This document shows, in pieces, positions 1 through 12,243 of a stretch of 64,000 bases of DNA. Under the pieces are notes generated by a model. It saw nothing but the letters and a program-made list of their open reading frames with translations, was not told the origin of the DNA and made no database searches. Each line of letters opens with the position of its first letter. Position 1 is the first letter of the stretch. Both the position numbers and the translations under genes were made by a program. Source of the DNA: Emiliania huxleyi CCMP1516 (taxonomy: Eukaryota); NCBI RefSeq assembly GCF_000372725.1, contig NW_005201403.1, forward strand, positions 186,001 through 250,000, written 5' to 3'.

Positions 1-783
1 GGTCCTTGCGCGAGGGGAGCTCGATGGACTCGAGGGGCCAGGATACGCCGCGAGGAGGACGGAGTTGCGCCGAAAGGCGAAAGAAGCCGCGAGAACAAGG
101 GACCGGCAGGCGGCGGCGTCGCAGGACGAGGCAGAAGAGAACGACGCGACAGAGGAGGAAGTGACAAGGGAGAGAACGACGAGAGTGGGACGACCGCGAG
201 GTGGCATGAAGGTTGCAGCGAGAATCGGCGAGAGACTGCGAAGAGAGATAGGAAGAGGCAGACTCCCTAGGGTGGGCGACGGCTAGCGCACCACACACCT
301 CTCCTTAAAATCCCTGTGTGGTGGCGGCGTGCCGTCCTCCCATCCCTCCCTTGGGTTGTCTGTTTTCTTTCTTTCTTTCTTTACTGGGCACGGGACTGGC
401 TCGCACTGGCACTAACACAGGTACACCACGGGAGCCGCCTAAGCGACTCCTGCGAGGGCGGCGAGGCACTTAGCTCCGTGCACCCGCCCACCCCCGCCAC
501 AGGCAAGCTCATTCACAACCTGCTCTGCGATTGCCGTGTGAAGAACGACACTGAGATACGCTGCTTCTGCAGCCCCAGCCAATTCTTAGTGGTCCAAGAA
601 GAAGAAATGCTGTGCGCGGAAAACGGTGGCATAACGGCGTGAGCCTTGGCCGCCTCTGTCAGTGTGCCCGTGATAGTGAGAGACTGCCAGTGAGAAGCCG
701 GAGGAAGGTCGCTAGTCGAGAGAGATCGCCAGTGGAGTAGGGAGTCCACCGTGCTGCGAGCCTGTCGCTGACAACCCTTGTCG

Positions 784-1219
784 TTGGCCTGTACGAGGTT
801 TTCCGGAAAACAAAAAGGAAAACAGAGGGTCCCCAGCACTTTGCGTTGCCGGAAATTTCCAGGGAAAACAGAGGGTGTTTGGTGCTCCATTCTGGAAACT
901 CGCGAGTTTCCCTGAGTCTGAGAGCTGGTCTGGGGCAAAATCTGAGGCAAAATTGAGGAATCGACAAAATACCCAGGCGGTCGCAGGGTAATTTCCAGGT
1001 CTACACGGGTTCTCCGCAAAATTCCCGGCATTTTGACGATTTGGCCTAAAATTTGGCTGATTTTGGGCCCAAACCAGCCTCAGACTCGGCTCAGAGCCAA
1101 AAATTTGACGATTTCCACGGAGTTTTCTCGGGAAAATAGAGAGGAAAAGAGAGGGTGCTGTAGAGAAAAAAGGAAAGGAAAACAGACGGGGTGCGAGAGG
1201 AAAACCTCGTACAGCCTAA
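784..1219. mobile_element. MITE (non-autonomous DNA transposon, hAT-like) with 21-bp TIRs and 8-bp TSD
   Basis: The left end TTGGCCTGTACGAGGTTTTCC (784-804) matches the reverse complement of the right end, TTAGGCTGTACGAGGTTTTCC (1199-1219). An identical CCTTGTCG flanks both sides (776-783, 1220-1227). Partial copies lie at 3627-3707 and 43593-43710. Confidence 0.9.
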
Positions 1220-1351
1220 CCTTGTCGGGAGCAGGAGAACTAGGAGAGCGCAACCAGTAGGAGGCCCGCGCCTGCCCCCGGTGCCGCCGGGTGCAACCTG
1301 TCCTATACGAGAGGGGGGGGATTCCTGGAACCCTGTCGTGTGGGTGAACCC

Positions 1352-1579
1352 TCAGCCCCCCTCCGTGTGACCGTGTCGCGATGCGCTCCAAGAGAAGGAG
1401 AAAGGGTTTCTAAAATCTTTCCCGCTCCCGTTCCTTCCCCTGTGTCCCTGATCGTCCTTACAAGATCTCCTGCCTGCTCGTGTCCTTCTCCCACCCCTCG
1501 TTTGGTGAATACTTGCGGTAGACCTACATTTCAGACCCCCGTATCCGCAAGGAGCCTGAACCCACTCCGCAGCGGACAT
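1352..1579 (-). CDS. Possible array cassette 6 (75 aa)
   Basis: The ATG follows a partial repeat CTAAGTTCTAAATAAGCAT-ATG. No recognisable motif. Confidence 0.25.
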   Translation of the reverse strand: MSAAEWVQAPCGYGGLKCRSTASIHQTRGGRRTRAGRRSCKDDQGHRGRNGSGKDFRNPFSFSWSASRHGHTEGG

Positions 1580-1583
1580 ATGC

Positions 1584-1706
1584 TTATTTAGAACTTAGCA
1601 ACTTCCGCAGTGGAAACATCAGCCTCATAATCAAACCTCTCACTGCGGCTTGTATCTTAGTGTTCGCGGTCAAAAACGATCTGAGCAAGTCCCGAGGTGC
1701 ATCCAT
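1584..1706 (-). CDS. Array cassette 5: 40-aa IQ-motif peptide, related to cassette 1 (below the ORF-track cutoff)
   Basis: Hand translation: MDAPRDLLRSFLTANTKIQAAVRGLIMRLMFPLRKLLSSK*. The ATG is in repeat 1704-1730. Confidence 0.6.
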   Translation of the reverse strand: MDAPRDLLRSFLTANTKIQAAVRGLIMRLMFPLRKLLSSK

Positions 1707-1757
1707 GTGTGACACTGCCCTTAGAACATTTCTTTTTCAATCTTGATGCGTGATCTG

Positions 1758-1997
1758 TCAGAACATGCCATGGCGCCGCTTCCTTACGGTCTGCGACCTA
1801 ATGCCCAAGTCCTCTATTGCTGCTACTTGCATCATCTTGTTAATGTTGCGTCGAGCCAATGCTAACCACCTCCTTAGGCGTTTGATCACGGAGAAATACA
1901 AGCCAGTGGCCGCCCGCACCCCGCCTCCCGCAGAGAGCCCCGTCGTCACCAACTCGTTGCCCATGTATCCGACACCAGAGATCTCAACGGGGCGCAT
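1758..1997 (-). CDS. Array cassette 4: 79-aa basic micro-protein
   Basis: The ATG is in repeat 1995-2022 and the stop TGA lies inside degenerate repeat 1745-1766. It has a basic amphipathic segment IKRLRRWLALARRN. Confidence 0.55.
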   Translation of the reverse strand: MRPVEISGVGYMGNELVTTGLSAGGGVRAATGLYFSVIKRLRRWLALARRNINKMMQVAAIEDLGIRSQTVRKRRHGMF

Positions 1998-2045
1998 GCG
2001 TGACACTGCAGTCAGAACTTAGCGCGGACCCACCAATTCCATCAC

Positions 2046-2249
2046 TTAACCTGCGGCCATGGCCCCACCGAGTTTGAGTTTGTATAGCATCCACAACTTC
2101 TCCAGTCCGGTGACGTGGAACATCTGGTCAAAGGACCACAGTAACTTATAAAACAGTCGATGCATCTGCCAGTAGATCCGTGCGGTCAAGGCCTCCTGCT
2201 GTCTGAACCTCGCCTGATCTTCCTCTGTCCATCCCCAGACCAGATCCAT
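2046..2249 (-). CDS. Array cassette 3: 67-aa micro-protein, paralogue of cassette 2
   Basis: The ATG is in repeat 2247-2274. Sequence WTEEDQARFRQQ...HVTGLEKLWMLYKLKLGG. Confidence 0.65.
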   Translation of the reverse strand: MDLVWGWTEEDQARFRQQEALTARIYWQMHRLFYKLLWSFDQMFHVTGLEKLWMLYKLKLGGAMAAG

Positions 2250-2270
2250 GCGTGACACTACAATCAGAAC

Positions 2271-2492
2271 TTAGCCCAAGCCAGCAGCACCGAGTTTGAG
2301 TTTGTAGAGCGTCATAAATCGCCTCAGTCCGGTCGCGTGGGCTATCACATGCCAAGCGTGCAGGAAGTCCCAGTAGAGTTCCAGCAATCGCCACTTGATC
2401 TGTACGAAGAGGGGCTGCTGCTGTCTCCACTCCGCCTCATCGGCCTCTGTCCATCTGTTTCGCTCCCAGAACTCATCCAACTCACCATTCAT
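2271..2492 (-). CDS. Array cassette 2: 73-aa Trp-rich micro-protein, paralogue of cassette 3
   Basis: The ATG is in repeat 2490-2517 and the stop TAA lies inside repeat 2247-2274. Sequence WTEADEAEWRQQ...HATGLRRFMTLYKLKLGA. Confidence 0.65.
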   Translation of the reverse strand: MNGELDEFWERNRWTEADEAEWRQQQPLFVQIKWRLLELYWDFLHAWHVIAHATGLRRFMTLYKLKLGAAGLG

Positions 2493-2512
2493 GCGTGACA
2501 CTGCAATTAGAA

Positions 2513-2773
2513 CTAAGTGGTCTGGAAGCCAAACTGTGCAAGTGTCTCCTTTGTAATGGGCAGACCAGCCTTCTCAGCGAGGATCACCGCCCTCCGGAAC
2601 GGCCACCATAGCCTCTGAAGCAAGCCTCTCGCTGCGGCTTGTATCGTGCGGACAGCTGCACGTACCGCCCTCTCCGGAGCTCCATAATTTGTGAATCTCG
2701 CGTCCTTCATTAAGGAGCTAACGCGTCGGTGACCGAGGTCTCTGGCACGGAGCATTTCGGGGTCCGAGTCCAT
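2513..2773 (-). CDS. Array cassette 1: 86-aa IQ-motif micro-protein
   Basis: The ATG is the last codon of repeat 2771-2798 and the stop TAG lies inside repeat 2490-2517. Contains IQAAARGLLQR (IQxxxRGxxxR). Confidence 0.65.
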   Translation of the reverse strand: MDSDPEMLRARDLGHRRVSSLMKDARFTNYGAPERAVRAAVRTIQAAARGLLQRLWWPFRRAVILAEKAGLPITKETLAQFGFQTT

Positions 2774-2931
2774 GCGTGACACTGCAATTAGAACTTAGCG
2801 TGACACGCTCCCAAACTTAGCGTGACACGCTCCGAGATCGCAATCTCCCCAGGGTTCGGCTCCAGTGTGGGTACGGGATCCCCTACCCCCAGGGAGGGGG
2901 AACCCGCACTGGACGCGCGTCTCGGCACCAT

Positions 2932-3444
2932 ATGCCTCTCACCGCGGCCAGCAAGCGGCGGGCCATCAAGGTGGCGCTCCTGGGTTTGGTTGGCCTCACA
3001 ATCGCCACGTACGCGCTCTCCGTCGAAACGCAGATGCACGAGCCCGGCTACGAGGCTGCGTGCGACATCGGCGCGGGCTTCTCCTGCACGGCAGTCTTCT
3101 CGAGCGAGTACGCGCACCCGCTCTCTCACTGGGGTCTGGTGAAGCAGGGCGACGCCCTCGATATCGGCCTAGCAGTCGCCGGCATGGCGCTCTACTCCGC
3201 TTACTTTGTCGCCGCGTGCCTGTGGAGGTTGAACCTCGTCCCGTACCGGCAGCCGCTCTTCCTGGCGGTCGCGACCGCCGGCGCGTGCTTCTCCTGCTAC
3301 CTGCTGTACGTCCTCAAGTTCATCCTTGGCGATTTTTGCATCGTGTGCACCGGCTTCCACTGCGTCAACTTTTCGATGTTTGCAGTCGCGCTGTTTGAGT
3401 TCTTCGATAGCGGCACCAGCGGGAAGGGCGGCAAGCGTGCCTGA
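2932..3444 (+). CDS. VKOR: Vitamin K epoxide reductase (VKOR) family protein
   Basis: Loop cysteines AACDIGAGFSCTAVFSSEY, about four hydrophobic segments and the redox CxxC motif FCIVC. 170 aa, intronless. Confidence 0.93.
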   Translation: MPLTAASKRRAIKVALLGLVGLTIATYALSVETQMHEPGYEAACDIGAGFSCTAVFSSEYAHPLSHWGLVKQGDALDIGLAVAGMALYSAYFVAACLWRLNLVPYRQPLFLAVATAGACFSCYLLYVLKFILGDFCIVCTGFHCVNFSMFAVALFEFFDSGTSGKGGKRA

Positions 3445-3626
3445 GGACAGTGCTGCGCCCGGGGAGGGCGCCGGTGGTGGGGCTCGACGCTCCACCGAGC
3501 TATTGCTCTGTGACGGCCTGTGTGTGGGCTTTCGCTTGCTTCTCCACGGGGGGATGTACTGCAGAGTGGATCTTGTTGCGTCGTGGTGCTCTAACCGCCT
3601 CTATTTATCGCCACCCTCCGCACCGG

Positions 3627-3707
3627 AAATTTGATTGAAATTTCCACGGATATCCGGAAACTAGAGAGGACACGAGAGGGTGCTGTAGGGAAGAAAAGAA
3701 ACGAAAC
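3627..3707 (+). mobile_element. Internal fragment of the 784-1219 MITE family
   Basis: TTTCCACGGA...TAGAGAGGA.A.GAGAGGGTGCTGTAG matches 1112-1163. Confidence 0.65.
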
Positions 3708-3792
3708 TAGGCGGGTTGGCGCCGAGGTTACATGTATACCCTAGAGCGCGCGCGACGGGCAGAATCTCTCGGTCTCGCGCCGTCCGGCGAGC

Positions 3793-5535
3793 CTACCTAA
3801 ACGGGATGGGGCCAGGAAGGTGCTGCACAGGACGCCGGTGGCAGTGGCGCACCAACCGCATCACGGCGGCTGCACGCATCGCCCCGGATGGCCCCGAGGC
3901 CACCTGCGCTCGCGCCGCTTGCACGGTCGCGGAAAGCACCTGGCAAGCTGTGTCGGCCTCCTCCTCCTCCTCATCGCTGCTCTGTGCCATTTGCCGCACC
4001 GCAGCAAGCTTGTGCCGAGCGGGAGGAGGCGGAGGAGGCGGAGGAGGCGGCGGGCTCTCCGAAGCGTTCGCCTTCGCCGGCGGCTTCCCCGCCGCCGCCC
4101 CCCGCCGCCTGGTGGCAAGCGGCCGGCCCTCCTCTGAGTCGGAGCCGGCGCCTCCCTCTGCGCCGCCCGCCCCTCCCTCGCCCCTCCCTCCCTCGCCAGC
4201 CTGCTGCGGGTCGCCTCGCGCGCGCTTCTTTGCGCGTGCGGCGAGGGGCCGCCCCTCCTCCTCGTCCGAGTCCGGCGCCGCCTCTTGGCTCGCCTCGCGG
4301 CCGGTCGAGAAGCCAGCAGCCGGAGCGGCGGGCGGAGCAGGCGGAGCAGGTGTCGCGGGCGGAGCGGGCGGAGCGGGCGGAGCGGCCGGTCGGGGGGTTG
4401 CGGTCTTCGCCGCGGGCGGGGCGGCGGCGGCGCTGCGCGGCGAGCCGGCTTGCAGGAGGAGGCGCGCCGCCGCCGCCTCCCTCCTGGCGAGGGCGAGCAC
4501 CTCGCACTTGCGATGCACGCAGCCCTTCCGCTGCTCGATCGCACTCTTCGTCCCTCGGCAGGAGGCGCACACGCCGCAGCCGGGAGAGACGCAGCCCGCG
4601 CACTCGCCACATCTTCTGCGCGGGGCCTGCCTGCGGGCCTGGCGAGTCGGCTGGGCTGCGCCATGGAGCGGCAGAGAGGGCGGCGGCCCAGACGGCGTCG
4701 GCCCTGGCGAGGCGGCGGGCGGCGGCGGCTTCGGCTGCGGCCTCGGCGGTGCTTGCGGTGGCGGGCGCGGTGAGGGGGCCGGGAGCGACCGCTCGGCTGG
4801 CCGCGACGCGACCGACGGTTGGCGAGGAGGCGGCGGCGGCGGCGGTGGCGGCGCGGCGGTCGTCTCGTCTCTCCGCACGAGGATGAGCCGGTCGAGCCAG
4901 GCCCTGCGCTTGCGCAGCGCCCCCGGCGGCAGCGAGAGGGCCACCTCCAGCTCCGCCCGCAGCGCCCGCGCCGTCAGCGACGCAAAGTCGCTCGACGGCG
5001 TGATCCGCGATCGCAGCCACCCGGCAGCCTTCGCCTCGGGCAGCCGGGCGGCGAGGTCGGCGCCGTTTGATCCGGTGGTCCGCCAGCGCACGGAGGCGAG
5101 TGTTGCGCGCGCGCGCGCGGCGGATGCCCGGTCGGTGCCCTTGAGAGCGAGCAGGGTCGGCAGGTCGAGCCGTCGCATCAGCTGCAGCGACGCCTCCTCG
5201 CAGAGCGTCTGCCACGGGCACAGCCGGCGACGGAAGGCTGCCACTGCCGCGTCCGCACGAACGGCAGCCGCCGCCCGCTCTGCACCAGCCCGCCGCGCCG
5301 CATCGGGGTGACGCTCCGCCGAGCGCTCGTGCAGCGTTTCTTGGCCCGGTCCGCTCGGTGTCAGGTGCGGGACGGGCTCGCGGTGGCACTCGCGGACGAA
5401 CCGCATGATGGGCTCGGCTGCAGGGCCAGGAGGAGACACGAATTTGCTCGGCGGCAGCGAGGCGCGCGCCTCAAGAGGCGTGAAGCGATCGAGGATCGAG
5501 AGGAGGGGGTCATCGCGTGGCGTGGTGGGTCCCAT
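3793..5535 (-). CDS. Putative chromatin protein with DEK-C-like and zf-CXXC domains
   Basis: RRCGECAGCVSPGCGVCASC...KGCVHRKC at about 4504-4620 is a zf-CXXC pattern. DFASLTARALRAELEVALSLPPGALRKRRAWLDRLI is DEK C-terminal-like. Pro-rich and acidic linkers. The ends may involve introns. Confidence 0.7.
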   Translation of the reverse strand: MGPTTPRDDPLLSILDRFTPLEARASLPPSKFVSPPGPAAEPIMRFVRECHREPVPHLTPSGPGQETLHERSAERHPDAARRAGAERAAAAVRADAAVAAFRRRLCPWQTLCEEASLQLMRRLDLPTLLALKGTDRASAARARATLASVRWRTTGSNGADLAARLPEAKAAGWLRSRITPSSDFASLTARALRAELEVALSLPPGALRKRRAWLDRLILVRRDETTAAPPPPPPPPPRQPSVASRPAERSLPAPSPRPPPQAPPRPQPKPPPPAASPGPTPSGPPPSLPLHGAAQPTRQARRQAPRRRCGECAGCVSPGCGVCASCRGTKSAIEQRKGCVHRKCEVLALARREAAAARLLLQAGSPRSAAAAPPAAKTATPRPAAPPAPPAPPATPAPPAPPAAPAAGFSTGREASQEAAPDSDEEEGRPLAARAKKRARGDPQQAGEGGRGEGGAGGAEGGAGSDSEEGRPLATRRRGAAAGKPPAKANASESPPPPPPPPPPPARHKLAAVRQMAQSSDEEEEEADTACQVLSATVQAARAQVASGPSGAMRAAAVMRLVRHCHRRPVQHLPGPIPFR

Positions 5536-5625
5536 ATCGTTGCCCCTCTTCGCCGATCATGGCGCGAAATGTCGTGTTTTTTTTGAGGTTAGCCTTCGAT
5601 GTGATGAAACAAACGCAACGCGGAA

Positions 5626-6375
5626 ATGGCATATCGCTCTCGGGCCCACAGACATCCCGCACACCCGCCGCCCCCGCGCGCGCCCCACCCCGGCCGGGAG
5701 AAAGGGGAGTGCGACAGTTTGGGGCGGAAAGTCGAGTATTTCGCACTCCATGTGCGAGAACGCAGAGAGAAATGAAAGCCGTCCGGCCCCCAAGTCCGGC
5801 TCACGCGCCCCGAGCTCACCGTCTACCGCACTGAACACTTTCGCCCCCTCGCTCCCAACCCATCCACCTCGCCTCGGGCCGCGCCGCGCGATCTCGGGCG
5901 ATCTCGCGCTATCTCGGGCGATCTCGGGGCCGCGCCGCGCTATCTCGGGCGATCTCGGAGCGTCGCTCGCGCGGCGGCACACCTGCTCAAAAAAGGAAGG
6001 GCCCGGTTGGAGCCACGGGGCTCACGTGCTCGCTCGGTGCGCCGCCTCACTCTGCGCCATTTTTGAGGCGTTGGCGAGGGCCGGTGAGGCGGCGCCCCGC
6101 GCGGCGCGTTCATCGCCCTCCACGCCGACCCCTGCGCGCACCGCTCATCTTGGCCCTCCTGGGGTTACTCTCGCGCTCGCGCAGGACCCGGGGGACTCCC
6201 TTCCCCCCACCTCCGACGGGTTAGGTCGGTTCTGCGCCCCTTGGCGCCTGTGCATGTCCCGCGTGCCCGCTTTTTTTGAGCTGCCGGGTAGCCTTCGAGT
6301 TAGGAAACAAAGCAAGGACACGTATGGCATATCGCTCTCGGGCCCACAGACATCCCGCACACCCGCCGCCCCCGC
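5626..6375 (+). repeat. Pair of identical 52-bp direct repeats (5626-5677, 6324-6375) with similar upstream flanks
   Basis: ATGGCATATCGCTCTCGGGCCCACAGACATCCCGCACACCCGCCGCCCCCGC occurs twice, each preceded by TTTTTTGAG...TAGCCTTCGA...GAAACAAA. Confidence 0.85.
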
Positions 6376-7208
6376 TTTTTCCACGCCCCCGCCTCCCCCG
6401 GGGGCGCGGTGAACACGCTTTGCTGCGAAAAGGCGCTGCATGCAGTGGTGGTGGTGCGTGCCCGATTACTCCCTCCAGGCACGAAGGGGGGGCGGTGCAG
6501 GTGACTCGTCCGTCAAGGGGCCGAGCTAGGGAGCGCGCTACGCATTGTGGAGAGAGAGACAGAGAGAGAGATTATCATTGTTGTACGACTGTATCGAATT
6601 GTGGTAAGTTGTACAGGTATATATTGTTGGCAAGTCAGGAGCTCAGGACACAGACCTCACTCACATAAACGCACAACCCCGGTAGATTTTCTTTTCTCTC
6701 TAGTTGTGTGCAGATCGTACATATTGTTTGCGCCCGTTATGACGGCTTTTTAGTTACGTGGCGGGTTATAGCGGATCAGGTTTCCGTTTTACCGCGGCGG
6801 ATCACCCACTTCTGAGGTGCGGACCCATCGACCCAAGGAGACACGGCCGACACAAAAATATTTGTGAATTGGAAATAACATTGCAATATATGGCCGCAAT
6901 GCGCAATCTCGGGCTCGAGCTCTTCGCCCGATGCATGTGTATATGCTGCCTCGCGCCTCCGCGTCTCGCGCCTCCGCGCCCCATCTGACCAGCAATCTCA
7001 CTCTCTCCAGCCACAGTCGGCCCCGCGGCTCCGATCCGCCCGTCCCCGCCGCCCGCACCCCAGACAACATCACTCGGCCCCTCTCTGAGACAGCACACAA
7101 TCGCACGCACGTTGATCATCTGTCGAGACTCGAGACTGGGCGCGACACGCGCCCTCCGGCGCCACGCCGACGCCGAGCCGAGGCAGAGCCGAGGCAGAGC
7201 CGTCGGCA

Positions 7209-11796
<4,588 letters not shown>

Positions 11797-12243
11797 TCGT
11801 GTTAATACGTGAAGTTGTACGGCACACGTCGATACGACCAGCAGCTGGTAAGGCCGCCTCGGGTCGGCCAAGGGCGTCGGGCCGCCAGCACAAAAAGTAA
11901 TTCCAAGGCGACCGACCCAAACGCTATAAGAGCAAATGCGTTAGTTTTCTGTTTTCTTTTTTTCATATGTTGCGTTCTTTCTTTCTTTCTACCCGCCTTG
12001 ACTTCTTTTTCCGTCGCGTGTGTATACTGTCTGAGAGAGAGAACGTGTCGGTACTAACACCAAAAAACAAACACTCTCTCTCTCTCTCTCTCTCCAAAAA
12101 ACTACTATGTCTTGCAGTGAAAAGTAATCCGAGCCGGCCCGCGGCCGCAATCTCAACGTTTCTAAACAGCACGTAGCCCGCAAGGCTCGAGCCGCAAGGT
12201 CACGCTACGCGCGTACGGGCAGCGCCTGCGCAGCAATGCCTCT

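Larger units (their letters stand above)
1577..2833 (-). repeat. Array of ~28-nt direct repeats, each ending in the ATG of a small ORF
   Basis: + strand copies: CATGCGTGACACTGCAATTAGAACTTAG 2771-2798, CATGCGTGACACTGCAATTAGAACTAAG 2490-2517, CATGCGTGACACTACAATCAGAACTTAG 2247-2274, CATGCGTGACACTGCAGTCAGAACTTAG 1995-2022 and CATGTGTGACACTGCCCTTAGAACATT 1704-1730. Degenerate copies at 1745-1766 and 1577-1598. AACTTAGCGTGACACGCTCC is duplicated at 2792-2811 and 2814-2833. Confidence 0.95.

Noticed and set aside
1998..2782. Shared N-terminal 'MSRM' in four ORF-track proteins
   Set aside because: This is an artefact of calling a GTG start inside the repeat. The ATG 9 nt downstream is the plausible eukaryotic start.
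1577..2833. CRISPR array interpretation of the 28-nt repeats
   Set aside because: The spacers are mostly 100-250 bp, protein-coding and partly paralogous. There are no cas genes and the context is eukaryotic.
1577..2833. Classical integron attC cassettes
   Set aside because: The repeats are too short, lack the extended attC palindrome with RYYYAAC/GTTRRRY ends, and no tyrosine integrase is present.
3716..5389. Multiple long overlapping and antisense ORFs here and across the window (for example 16762-18231)
   Set aside because: These are shadow ORFs expected in very GC-rich coding DNA. They are Arg/Ala/Pro-rich and have no motifs.
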